64,000 nucleotides of DNA from Vairimorpha necatrix (GCA_036630325.1 CP142733.1:496001-560000), one strand, 5' to 3'; counted from the first letter of the stretch, positions 1 to 9,996 are shown. Made by a program: numbers and translations. The notes: generated by a model from the sequence alone, not told the origin.

Positions 1-587
1 GAGCTCCTTACTCGCCGACGACTACTGGATTGGTAGAGAGATTTAATCGGACGTACGCAGAGAAGCCGAAAAAAGTATCGAATTTTAACAAAAAAGACTA
101 CGCAAGGGAATAGGTAAGGCCTAAAGAGTATTTTAATTTGTTCCACCGCATGTTAAAATGCTCGACAGGAAATGTGGTTGAATAAAAGAATGTCGAAACA
201 GCAAAGGCGTTATATATCACGTTATAAAACAAGTTATTGTAAACTGGATGAAGTCAGACCTAAAAGGAAATTAAAAGATAAAATACTCTATCATAATTCA
301 AAGAGAAAGACCATCAATTGGAAGCGTATTATATTTTCTGCGCAACTATTATTTTAGAAACTTGGATCAGCCGAAATAAAGTTAGCAAATGGAAAAATTA
401 TAACCTAAAGTTTAAGAAACTTAAGGAAGTATATTTTTTTAAAGACGAAAGAGTGTTGAAAGTATAAGATGTAAAATGTCTTCCATTTATTTTCTAAATG
501 ACATTCGCCCAAGATATTTGACATTTGGACTATAAATTCAGTAAATAAATAAACCCATGTTTTCTAATAACAGATTTGCGTACAACA
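1..587 (+). mobile_element. 3' end of a degenerate Ty3/gypsy LTR retrotransposon (family 2): integrase remnant, PPT and 3' LTR; truncated by window start
   Basis: Frame from nt 3 reads APYSPTTTGLVERFNRT, the integrase catalytic-Glu motif, then stops and frameshifts. Purine-rich tract AAAGACGAAAGAG (441-453) precedes TGTTG...CAACA (454-587). Confidence 0.85.
454..587 (+). repeat. LTR of Ty3/gypsy family 2 (134 bp)
   Basis: TGTTG...CAACA inverted termini, preceded by a PPT; closely similar to the reverse complement of the solo LTR at 47699-47840. Confidence 0.85.
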
Positions 588-1025
588 AAAATAATAAATA
601 AACATCTATACTTTTACACATATAATTTTAATCATTTTTACTAAACCACATCTTAGGATTCTTAGTGACCTAATTTTGAAGGGGTTCTTTCCACTACATA
701 ATTAATTTTATAATGTAAAACTTTTCTATCTGATTTAAAAATATTCTTTAAATAAAGAATCTTATGAAATATCTTTAAGAACTAAATAATATAATTAATA
801 AACTTACTTAAGAAGTGTACTTTGGCTTAGTATGATAATATAAATTAATCTATAACATCTAAATAAATACCTGGTTGTTATATAAGAAATTTCATTAGTA
901 ATTGTTGTCGAGATACCACTGTAACTAATTTTCATAAAATAGAATAAAAATCAAAATTTATATATGTGTTTTGTATTTTGTCTTTTTATATTATAAATAT
1001 TTTTTTAAATAATTTCTTTTTATTA

Positions 1026-2105
1026 CTATATTAGTTGATAATGTGTCTTTCCTCCAGAAGTATCCACTATTTTGATCTTATTCCTCAAAACTAGATTATT
1101 TAGTAAGTTGCTCCACATTTTTACATGAAATTTTTTCAAAGGTTTACAGAGATAAATTCTTCGGATATCTGATACAGTAAAGGGGTTTCCAATGCCGACT
1201 TTATCTTTTAATTTGCCAATCCAGAAGTCGTCATTATATTCCTCATTTGGATATGTCAAATAACGTATATCTTGAGATGAATCCTCAATTGTATTTTGAG
1301 ATTTGTCACTTTCTTCTAGATTCTCCTTGTTGATCTTATTTTTATATTTAAAATCTCCTGCTTTAAGTTTTTCTTCTAAGCTGCTATTAAGTTTAATATT
1401 TTGAGTTATACTTTTTTTCATTTTATTTTCTTCGTCGATCTTTGTTTTGACTTCTTTTAGACTGTCTTTAATTTTGCTCTTCTCACTGTCTTTAATTTTG
1501 CTCTTTTCTTGTAAAGCTGTTTTTATCTTATTTTCTTCGCTAGCTTTTACATTGCTTTCTTTTAAACTGTCTTTTACATTGCTTTTTTCTTTTGAACTGT
1601 CTTTTACATTGCTTTCTTTTAAACTGTCTTTAATTTTGATCTTTTCTTGCGATGATGTTTTTATCTTGTCAGACACATTTTCTTTTACTTTGCTTTCTTT
1701 GACTTTACTCTTTTCATTTTCTTTGACTTTACTCTTTTCATTTTCTTTGACTTTGCTCTTTTCATTTTCTTTTATCTTGTCTGTCATATTGTCTTTATTT
1801 TTCTTTACTTTCTTTCTTGGATTTATAGTCTCAATTATCTCTTCTGATATCCTGCTCAATTCATACACATCTTTTGGTTCTTCTTTTAGTATCTTTTTTG
1901 TCTTGCTCCTGTTTTGGTTATTTTGTTCCATTAATAATTTTCTTATTGCCCTGAGATCACCACTAATCTGCTGGAACCAGTTTGCTACAAAGTGATTGCT
2001 TCCTACATTGAGATCAAATTCAGACATACTATCATTTAATTGTCTTTTAGTCTTAGTGTTCTTACGCGACGAAGAAGTTTTTTCTTCGGTCTCTTTTTTC
2101 GTCAT
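1026..2105 (-). CDS. Lys/Glu/Ser-rich repeat protein, 359 aa, possible C-terminal winged-helix-like domain
   Basis: Start moved to the ATG at 2105 (CCCTTAGG-ATG context). Central KENEKSKV / KESNVKDS repeats; globular-looking C-terminal ~70 aa. Confidence 0.75.
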   Translation of the reverse strand: MTKKETEEKTSSSRKNTKTKRQLNDSMSEFDLNVGSNHFVANWFQQISGDLRAIRKLLMEQNNQNRSKTKKILKEEPKDVYELSRISEEIIETINPRKKVKKNKDNMTDKIKENEKSKVKENEKSKVKENEKSKVKESKVKENVSDKIKTSSQEKIKIKDSLKESNVKDSSKEKSNVKDSLKESNVKASEENKIKTALQEKSKIKDSEKSKIKDSLKEVKTKIDEENKMKKSITQNIKLNSSLEEKLKAGDFKYKNKINKENLEESDKSQNTIEDSSQDIRYLTYPNEEYNDDFWIGKLKDKVGIGNPFTVSDIRRIYLCKPLKKFHVKMWSNLLNNLVLRNKIKIVDTSGGKTHYQLI

Positions 2106-2640
2106 CCTAAGGGTGAACAAAAAAAGATGAAAAATGAGCAAACAAAGACAAACACAGGTAAAATAAAATAAAAGAGAAATTTTACTATCAAATAAAGGGT
2201 TATATAGAATATGAAAATATTCATTACGACATTCTGTCTCATATCTTCTTTTTATTGTTTGCTTCTTTTGAAGACTTGCTAGTATCAAAGGAAGTCTTTA
2301 AGACCTTTACAGATCTAAAACATTATTTTTTAACTTTGGCCTTATTTTGGAATATTTGATCATTTTTTGATGATTTATTAGACCTCTTATTTTTTAATTT
2401 GTAGTACTAAGATATTTTAGTACTTAATATAAATTTCTTGAATATTTTAAGATATTCTAAATAGCTTAAATGACACTACTTTTTTTTCTTGTTTGTTGTG
2501 GTTAATTCTTATAGGACTCATCTTCATTCCTTCTAGAAGTAACTTCTTCTAGAACTTATTTGCATTTTAAAAAATGTCTCAGCATTAAATAAAAACATTG
2601 GAATATTTAAAATAAAGTATTAAACATAAAACATCTTTTT

Positions 2641-2744
2641 GTTTGTGTGACTCGTCTTGGCAGGCGACATGATATGGTTGACATGTCCTAATTTTGTGTG
2701 ACATCTGTCTCTGTGATGTAGTAATGTGCATCACAGAGACAGAT
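2641..2744. other. GC-richer structured intergenic island with a perfect 16-bp hairpin
   Basis: ATCTGTCTCTGTGATG (2703-2718) and CATCACAGAGACAGAT (2729-2744) are exact reverse complements; two smaller stems lie upstream. Function unknown. Confidence 0.5.
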
Positions 2745-2768
2745 TCCTTCTTGATAAAAATGAATTTT

Positions 2769-2843
2769 ACTTAAATTTTATTTTTAAAAAAGACATAAAT
2801 TTGACTTAAATTTTATTTTTAAAAAAGACATAAATTTCACTTA
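2769..2843. repeat. 35-bp tandem duplication upstream of GlyRS
   Basis: ACTTAAATTTTATTTTTAAAAAAGACATAAATTT(G/C) at 2769 and 2804, partial third copy at 2839. Confidence 0.85.
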
Positions 2844-2876
2844 GATTTTTTCTTAAGTTTGACCCCTCAAAATAAT

Positions 2877-4628
2877 ATGAGAAAATTTGATACTCAAAAA
2901 CTAGAGCAAATTCTAAAATCAAGATTTTTCATAAACCAAACTGCTCAAATCTATGGAGGCATGGCCGGTCTATTTGACATGGGTCCTATTCTCTTTGGTA
3001 TAAAACAAAATTTTTTTTCTTTATTCAGAAAACATTTCATCCAATACGATAAATTATTCGAAATTGATACATCTATTCTTCTTCCATACTCCGTCTTAAA
3101 ATCAAGTGGTCATGTTGACAAATTCTGTGATATTTTAATAATTGATAAAAAAAATAAAAATTCTTATCGTGCTGATCATTTAATTATAGATTATTTATCA
3201 AAACTAAATCTAAATGATACTATAAAAAATGATATAAAAAGAGTTGATGTAGCAAATTGTCTTGAAATTGATGAATTAATAAAAAAATATAAAATTTTAT
3301 CACCAGATAATAATGAATTATCATCTGCTATGAAATTCAATTTAATGTTTGAAACAAATCTTGGTTATAAAGAAAACCAATCTGTTTTTTTGAGACCTGA
3401 GACGGCACAAGGCCAATTTTTAAATTTTAAAAAATTATACGAATTTAATAATAAAAAAATGCCATTTGGATCTGCTAGTATTGGTAAAGCTTTTAGAAAT
3501 GAAATAAGTCCAAGATCAGGATTAATAAGAACTAGAGAATTTGAACAAGCAGAAATTGAATTTTTTGTTTCACCTACAAAAAAAAATTTTGAAAAATTTT
3601 TAAAAGTAAAAAATTTAAAATTAAAATTATGTTTTGATGATAAAGAAAAATTAATGTCTTTAGAAGACGCAGTAAAATCAAATATTATTGATAATGAAAT
3701 TTTAGGATATTTTATAGGTAGAACATATTTATTTTTAGAAAAAATAGGTATAGATACAAAATTGATAAGATTTAGACAACATAAAAAAGATGAAATGGCT
3801 CATTACGCTAAAGATTGTTGGGATTGTGAAATATTTTCGTCTTATGGGTGGATTGAATGTGTCGGTATAGCTGACAGGTCTGCTTATGATTTGACTTGTC
3901 ATAGTAAGGCGACAGGTATAGATTTATCTTTTAGTGAAAAAATTGTACCACCTATAAATAAAAAAGAATGGAAAGTTAATTTAGTAAAAAAAGATTGGAT
4001 AAAAATTTTTAAAAAGGATTATGAAGTTTTTAATAATGAAATTAGTAGTTTAGATGAAGAATTTATCAAAAATAATATGTTTAAAGAAAATGATAAAAAT
4101 TTTTTAAATTACAAATTCCAAGATAAAGATTATAAATTAGAATGTTCTTTAGTTGATATAACGATTCATGAGATAAAAACCATTCCTGATGTTATTGAGC
4201 CTTCATTTGGTGTAGGCAGGATTTTATACATTTTACTTGAGCACGCCTTTTATATGCGCGAAAACAGGCCTGTTTTACGCCTAAAACCCATCATGTCGCA
4301 TACTAAAGTGGTAATTTCTTATGTGGTTTTTAATACTGAATTTACTAAATATATTGAAGAGATAAATGATAAATTGTATAATAAGAATATTGTAGTAGAA
4401 ATTAATGATAGGTCTTGTAGTATTGGTAAGAAATATTCGTCATGTGATGAGATCGGCGTACCATTTTTCATTACATTTGATCCTGAATCACTTATTGATA
4501 ATAAAGTGACTATTAGAGAGCGAGACAGTATGGAACAGATAAGAGTGAAGATAAGCGAAGTGGTGGAATTGATAACAGAACTGGTTAATGAGAATATTTC
4601 ATGGGAAGAAATTAAATTAAAAAATTAA
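2877..4628 (+). CDS. GRS1: Glycyl-tRNA synthetase (eukaryotic class II type)
   Basis: Motifs SGHVDKF, LRPETAQG, FRNEISPRSGLIRTREFEQAEIEFF, EMAHYA, GWIECVGIADRS, VIEPSFGVGRI and a C-terminal anticodon-binding domain. ATG at 2877 follows CCCC. Confidence 0.97.
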   Translation: MRKFDTQKLEQILKSRFFINQTAQIYGGMAGLFDMGPILFGIKQNFFSLFRKHFIQYDKLFEIDTSILLPYSVLKSSGHVDKFCDILIIDKKNKNSYRADHLIIDYLSKLNLNDTIKNDIKRVDVANCLEIDELIKKYKILSPDNNELSSAMKFNLMFETNLGYKENQSVFLRPETAQGQFLNFKKLYEFNNKKMPFGSASIGKAFRNEISPRSGLIRTREFEQAEIEFFVSPTKKNFEKFLKVKNLKLKLCFDDKEKLMSLEDAVKSNIIDNEILGYFIGRTYLFLEKIGIDTKLIRFRQHKKDEMAHYAKDCWDCEIFSSYGWIECVGIADRSAYDLTCHSKATGIDLSFSEKIVPPINKKEWKVNLVKKDWIKIFKKDYEVFNNEISSLDEEFIKNNMFKENDKNFLNYKFQDKDYKLECSLVDITIHEIKTIPDVIEPSFGVGRILYILLEHAFYMRENRPVLRLKPIMSHTKVVISYVVFNTEFTKYIEEINDKLYNKNIVVEINDRSCSIGKKYSSCDEIGVPFFITFDPESLIDNKVTIRERDSMEQIRVKISEVVELITELVNENISWEEIKLKN

Positions 4629-4706
4629 GTTTTTAAGTTTTTTATACGTGGTTTAATAATGAGATTTTAAATGTAACCTCTTTTAAAAATCTTAAACTTT
4701 GCGTCT

Positions 4707-4776
4707 CTGCCAGATGAGACTGTAAGCGTATCCTGTGAAAAGTAATTAATAAGCCGAATATATATCCAATCAATTA
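4707..4776 (+). mobile_element. 70-bp 5'-truncated non-LTR retrotransposon insertion with a 14-bp TSD
   Basis: Matches the reverse complement of about 28790-28862 (3' end of the LINE). Flanked by TAAACTTTGCGTCT (4693-4706) and TAAACTTTGCATCT (4777-4790). Confidence 0.85.
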
Positions 4777-4988
4777 TAAACTTTGCATCTAAAGACTCCA
4801 GTGGTATCATATTTTAGATTTAAAATTTTCATTACAATAAGTTATATAATTATATTAAAGTTTGATGATAAGAAATCTAATTAAAATTATTTATTTTATT
4901 ATAATACATGTTTAAATTTCTTTGTTTATAGTATAGATACAATTATTATAATAGTATATTTGGTCATATTGAAATTTGGCCCTTAGAC

Positions 4989-6179
4989 ATGGTTGAAATA
5001 AATTCAAATCTCATGAAATACAAATCTATAAAACTCGCATCTTATCTCAATGACAAATTCCCTCTCTACGAAAAGTCAGTTTTACAAATCGAAAAAGACA
5101 AAATATCTTCTATAAAATCAAACATGGAAACCGAAATCTTCAAAATATTTATCCAAAATTCTGATTCCTTACTCGATATCCTTTACTCTTACGAATCTGT
5201 TTACTTAAAACTAAACGAATTAAAAGATTTAACTTTCCATACAAATTTCCAAAATGAAAAAATTTTAAATGTAAATAAAAAAAAACTTGAAAGTTTTAAA
5301 GCGATTTTGAAAAATTTTACTACTGATTTATCAAGTTTTGATACTGGTACACGAATTTTGGAACATTTCGAGTTTTTAGATGATTTCATTTTACTAATGA
5401 CAAATGACATACTTATTATTGGTAAGAAAAATGGTAGAGAATATTCATTAATTAATACATTTAATTATTCGATAATAGAAATGTATATTAAAAATGAACT
5501 TAAAATTAAAATGGGCGAGACAGAGTTATCTTTTAAAGGGGAAAAAGTTAAATTAATAGGAATTTTGGATAAATTTAAAGAATTAAGTTATAATTATGAA
5601 AATTCTGTAACAGAAGATAATAAAATTATAAATAAAGATGAAGATTTAGAAGAATATTATTTAGAAACAGAAAGATATGATAAATTAAGTAGTCGAAATT
5701 TTACTATACAAAAGAATATAAATTTTTTTATTGATATAAAAATTTTGGAAAATTTTTCAAAAAAAAATCAAGATTTTTTGATTTTTTTTCTAAAATACAA
5801 ATTTAATGAAAATTTACTAAGAATTTCAAAATGTAAACCACTTTTACAATTAATTGATGAAGTTTTTGAATATTTTTATAAATTTTTTGATGAAGAAAAA
5901 AAAATTTATAAAAAAATTAATATAAAAATTTTATTATTAATAGAAGATCACATATTAACTTGTTTTAAGTATTTTGAAAAGAGATTGATAAATAGAAGAT
6001 TTTATTCTGTGACACTTGATGATATTTTTAAGGATTTGAGGAGTAAATTAAAATTTAAAAATTTTGATTTTTCGTATTTGATAGAGTATTTTACAGATGA
6101 GATGCGAAAACAGAATGAGAAGTTTTTAAATCAAACTAAGAATGAAATCAAGAAAATTATAAGGGAGTTTCTTGAATAA
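4989..6179 (+). CDS. Hypothetical protein, probable exocyst Exo84-like (N-terminal coiled coil plus PH-like domain)
   Basis: 396-aa ORF with CCC upstream. LLMTNDILIIGKK resembles the Exo84 PH strand (LFLLNDxLLVA); helical N- and C-termini. Identity judged by eye only. Confidence 0.5.
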   Translation: MVEINSNLMKYKSIKLASYLNDKFPLYEKSVLQIEKDKISSIKSNMETEIFKIFIQNSDSLLDILYSYESVYLKLNELKDLTFHTNFQNEKILNVNKKKLESFKAILKNFTTDLSSFDTGTRILEHFEFLDDFILLMTNDILIIGKKNGREYSLINTFNYSIIEMYIKNELKIKMGETELSFKGEKVKLIGILDKFKELSYNYENSVTEDNKIINKDEDLEEYYLETERYDKLSSRNFTIQKNINFFIDIKILENFSKKNQDFLIFFLKYKFNENLLRISKCKPLLQLIDEVFEYFYKFFDEEKKIYKKINIKILLLIEDHILTCFKYFEKRLINRRFYSVTLDDIFKDLRSKLKFKNFDFSYLIEYFTDEMRKQNEKFLNQTKNEIKKIIREFLE

Positions 6180-6380
6180 TGAGAAATAAAATTATACATG
6201 TTTTTTACTATATTTAAAAATTAATAATGTAAATTTATAATGTAAATTATGGAAATTGTACAATTCACTTTTAAAATCTATAATTACATTATAAAGTTGT
6301 ATACATCACAATATAAATTTGTGTAATTCAAAATATAAATTTGTATAATCAATTTATAATTTGTTTTTTTTAATCCCCAA

Positions 6381-7793
6381 ATGTCTCTTTTGAATTACGA
6401 ACAACTTTTCGTCAAAACAGTCCCAATAGAATCAGCTATTAAAGTTAATATAATTCCATATTCTTACAAGAATAAAGAATACTCCACTTCTGATTCCTCT
6501 AATCTCGATTATCTTAAAAATCTAAACCCAGCCTCCAATTCTACTTATCGTATCATGCCTGACAAATCCATTGAGTGTTTCGTTTGCCTTTCTAGAAACG
6601 ACGAGGAGGCCGACGAATGGAGGGCGAGTGTCGCGACAAGCGGCGCGTCTTGTTACAATTTACTGTCTCATTTTGATAATCCACTAAACATTAATATCAA
6701 GAATATTGACAATATAAGAGATTTTATATCAGGAATAGTACTGGCTTATTATAAATACAACTTTTTATTTAAAAAATCTTCTGATCGACAAGCTATTTCT
6801 ATTATTAGCGAGTATGACGAATTTGTAGAAATTTCTAATGCCCAGAATTTCGTGCGTTTTCTAGGCGACACACCCGCAAATTTGATGACTCCAAGTATTT
6901 TCACTAAATATGTAGAGAAATATTGTCAAGGAATGGATTTCACAGTCTATGACAAGGATTTCATGTCTGAAAAAAATATGAATCTTTTACTAGGTGTTTC
7001 TAGAGGATCAAATGAAGACCCGAAACTTATAAAAATATCTTATAAAGGATCTAATAAAGACAATATTGATGTCTCATTAGTAGGAAAAGGTATTACTTTT
7101 GATACTGGTGGTATTTCTTTAAAATCCCCTGCTAATATGTCGGCCATGAAAGGTGACATGCTTGGTGCTGCCACAGTTCTCGCTACTATAAAATTGGCTC
7201 ATGATAAGAAATTAAAAATTAATATTGAGGCAATTTTGCCTCTTTCTGAAAATATGCCAGGAGGCCGCGCTACTAAACCCGGAGATGTGCATGTGAGCAT
7301 GTCTGGCTTGAGTGTAGAAGTAGACAATACAGACGCGGAAGGCCGATTAATACTTGGAGATGCACTTACATTTGCACAAGAAAGTAGTCCAGAATATTTA
7401 TTTGATATTGCTACACTTACAGGCGCCATGACAGTGGCACTAGGTGAAGATTATTTGGGATATTTTTGTAATAACGAAGATCTTAATGAAATAATTAATA
7501 AGTCGAGTGACGAGTCAGGAGACTTGGCCTGGAGGATGCCCCTGTCTAATCTTTTTTTGTCTTGTATGAAATCTAATGTGGCAGATCTTAAAAATGCAGG
7601 GAATAGAAAAGGAGGCTCGTGTAGTGCGGCGATTTTCTTGTCTAAATTTGTTAAAGAAAATGTCAAGTGGTGTCATTTTGATATTGCGGGTGTTGATTTT
7701 GACCATAGGAATAAAGTTTTGTATGGGAAAGGAATGACAGGGAGAGGGTTTCCTTTGTTGTATGAGTTAGTTAAGAATTTGAGTGATCAATAA
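6381..7793 (+). CDS. Leucine aminopeptidase, peptidase family M17
   Basis: VGKGITFDTGG, MKGDMLGAA, NTDAEGRLIL, DIATLTGA and HFDIAG motifs; CCCCAA-ATG. Confidence 0.96.
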   Translation: MSLLNYEQLFVKTVPIESAIKVNIIPYSYKNKEYSTSDSSNLDYLKNLNPASNSTYRIMPDKSIECFVCLSRNDEEADEWRASVATSGASCYNLLSHFDNPLNINIKNIDNIRDFISGIVLAYYKYNFLFKKSSDRQAISIISEYDEFVEISNAQNFVRFLGDTPANLMTPSIFTKYVEKYCQGMDFTVYDKDFMSEKNMNLLLGVSRGSNEDPKLIKISYKGSNKDNIDVSLVGKGITFDTGGISLKSPANMSAMKGDMLGAATVLATIKLAHDKKLKINIEAILPLSENMPGGRATKPGDVHVSMSGLSVEVDNTDAEGRLILGDALTFAQESSPEYLFDIATLTGAMTVALGEDYLGYFCNNEDLNEIINKSSDESGDLAWRMPLSNLFLSCMKSNVADLKNAGNRKGGSCSAAIFLSKFVKENVKWCHFDIAGVDFDHRNKVLYGKGMTGRGFPLLYELVKNLSDQ

Positions 7794-8014
7794 AAAACTT
7801 CATTTACATAAAATATGCTATATTTCATCTTTTATGCTTTGATCTTCTGAAATATGTTATATTTTGATTTTCTATACTTCATCTTCTATATTTTGATCTT
7901 CTATAAGTATTAATCTTCCAATACAGTCATGATATATTTATATCGCATTTTAATTGCACTAATTTGTAGTGAAATAAAGATCAAATTCATAAAATATTCT
8001 TTATATTTATCCCC

Positions 8015-8560
8015 ATGTTTGTGCTGTCATTCCTCACTGTCTTACATTGTGCTTCTTTCAATCAAGACATCATCAAAGCCAAACTCTTCATCAATGTTCT
8101 CTCCACTCCACTACTCATAGATCTTTTTTACAAAGATTGTCCAAAAACAGTAGAAAATTTTGTCGGTTTATCTACAGGCGAATTATCTTACAAAAAGTCT
8201 ATTTTCCATCGTCTTATTAAAGATTTCGTCATTCAAGGCGGGGACATTCAATATGGGAATGGTACAGGAAGTATGTCAATTTATAATAATAAGCCTTTTC
8301 CTGATGAGAATTTTAAGTATGAACACAAGTTTGGTTCTTTGAGTATGGCGAATAGTGGACCAAATAGTAATGGATCACAGTTTTTTATATGTTTTAAAGA
8401 TTTGGAATTTCTTAATGGTAAACATGTAGTGTTTGGACAAGTGACGAATACGGAGGTATTGAAGGAATTGAATGATATTGAGACTGATAAGAATGATAAA
8501 CCGAAGAAAGATATCATATTGGAGAAGGTAGAGTTTATACAAGAAGATAAGGAGTTATAA
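8015..8560 (+). CDS. Cyclophilin-type peptidyl-prolyl isomerase, secretory-pathway (cyclophilin B-like)
   Basis: [37 protein letters not shown] and GKHVVFG motifs; hydrophobic N-terminus; ends in DKEL; CCCC-ATG. Confidence 0.95.
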   Translation: MFVLSFLTVLHCASFNQDIIKAKLFINVLSTPLLIDLFYKDCPKTVENFVGLSTGELSYKKSIFHRLIKDFVIQGGDIQYGNGTGSMSIYNNKPFPDENFKYEHKFGSLSMANSGPNSNGSQFFICFKDLEFLNGKHVVFGQVTNTEVLKELNDIETDKNDKPKKDIILEKVEFIQEDKEL

Positions 8561-8649
8561 AAAAAAATAAAAAAAATTTGTTAATTTTAAAAATAATTGA
8601 TTTGTTTTTTTATTATATTTATAATTATTATTGGTTCTAAGTAGTTAGC

Positions 8650-8790
8650 ACAATATAAAATCTAAAAATTTTTATTTTGTCAACACACTACAAAATAAAA
8701 ATTTTAGATTTTGTTAACACACTATAAAAAAAAGATATCTTAGATTTTATCAACACACTACAAAATAAAAATCTAAAAATACACAAAATA
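8650..8790. repeat. Short direct and inverted AT-rich repeats between convergent genes
   Basis: AACACACTA(C/T)AAAA occurs three times; AAAATCTAAAA and TTTTAGATTTT form an inverted pair. Confidence 0.6.
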
Positions 8791-8816
8791 AATCTAAACA
8801 TTTTTAATATTTTTTT

Positions 8817-9971
8817 TTACATATTAAATATCTCATTCTCATTTTTCTCATACATTTCTTTCATCATCTTTTTAATTTCTCTCTCATCATCCTCATAATG
8901 TCCCCCTACAAGTTTCTTCATCAATTTCTCTTCAATCTGACTTATCAACTTATAAAACCCATTATCTTCCAAATACATTTCCTTCATTATTTTATCCACA
9001 TCACTCACTTCGTATTTCTTTATTACTTCTATACATGTATAATAATACACTCTATTTACAAATCTAATATAAATAATATTTCGTAATTTCCTAGCTAAAT
9101 ATTCAATTTTTTTTAGTCTAAAAAAAAATTTAAAAATTTTACTCAATTTTAAAATTAATTCTTTTGAGACTTGATCTAGTGGTGATATATTGTAATATAA
9201 CATGAAACTAGAGTCAGTTAGAAGTATTTCTAACTCTGGGATATTTTTATTGAAGGTTGATTTTATAGTTTCGTGGAGAATGTAAGTGTAAGAAATTTTT
9301 GATAATTTTTTTAGTTGTTTAAAATTATAAAAGAGGTTTTCTAAGAAGTCACTACGATGTAATAAAAAGATATCTTTTAAATTTTTCAAGTGATATGAAT
9401 TAAAAACATTATGACTTAAAATATTACTATGACTTATAGTAATATTATTTGTAGTACTATTATTATGACTTGTAGTATCTAAGTTTTTTACATTTTCTAC
9501 ATTATTATTAGATATCTTTTTTGTGCTCATCTTTATATATAAATCATACATTCCTATATAAAATCCCAATACATCATCTTCTAATTCTATAACTCTTTTT
9601 TTATATTCATTTTTATACTCACTTTTTTCATAAACCCGTGAATTGTACGCCACAATCTCCAATAAATTACAAATCTCCACAGGAAGATCTTCTTTCTTTA
9701 TACAACTCATCCCCAGTGCTATTTTCCTTGTCGGTATTTCTTTTTTATTTTTTATATTTACCAATACAAATATTAATTTTAAAGTATTTGGAGTTATTTC
9801 CAAATTCATAAAAATCAGAAAAGCTTTATAAGATTTATTTCTTATATTAGTAACAAGATAATCTACATTTATATCAATATCAATATTGTTAATATTGTAA
9901 TAACTTTTAGTTGATTTTTTATTATATTTTTTATATATTAAAAACGACATTTTGTTTATAAGTAAATCCAT
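8817..9971 (-). CDS. Reduced gamma-tubulin complex protein (Spc97/Spc98/GCP family)
   Basis: HLKNLKDIFLLHRSDFLENLF resembles the GRIP2 signature (HLxxLKxYFLLxxGDF); a later LSKIFKFFFRLKKIEY helix fits. CCCCC upstream of ATG. Confidence 0.7.
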   Translation of the reverse strand: MDLLINKMSFLIYKKYNKKSTKSYYNINNIDIDINVDYLVTNIRNKSYKAFLIFMNLEITPNTLKLIFVLVNIKNKKEIPTRKIALGMSCIKKEDLPVEICNLLEIVAYNSRVYEKSEYKNEYKKRVIELEDDVLGFYIGMYDLYIKMSTKKISNNNVENVKNLDTTSHNNSTTNNITISHSNILSHNVFNSYHLKNLKDIFLLHRSDFLENLFYNFKQLKKLSKISYTYILHETIKSTFNKNIPELEILLTDSSFMLYYNISPLDQVSKELILKLSKIFKFFFRLKKIEYLARKLRNIIYIRFVNRVYYYTCIEVIKKYEVSDVDKIMKEMYLEDNGFYKLISQIEEKLMKKLVGGHYEDDEREIKKMMKEMYEKNENEIFNM

Positions 9972-9996
9972 AAAGGGGGAATTTTATCCTTAAGAA

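Noticed and set aside
172-357. 61-aa ORF as an independent gene
   Set aside because: It lies within the degenerate integrase C-terminal region of the family-2 retrotransposon.
1447-1995. 182-aa hydrophobic ORF on the + strand
   Set aside because: Antisense shadow of the Lys/Glu-rich repeat gene. The same applies to 39121-39522, 30064-30648, 14367-14966, 57030-57371 and other short ORFs overlapping real genes or TEs.
2859-2876. Upstream TTG/GTG or extended starts given in the ORF track (also 2288, 11197, 12932, 38438)
   Set aside because: Eukaryotic context; the downstream ATGs with CCC motifs are the better-supported starts.
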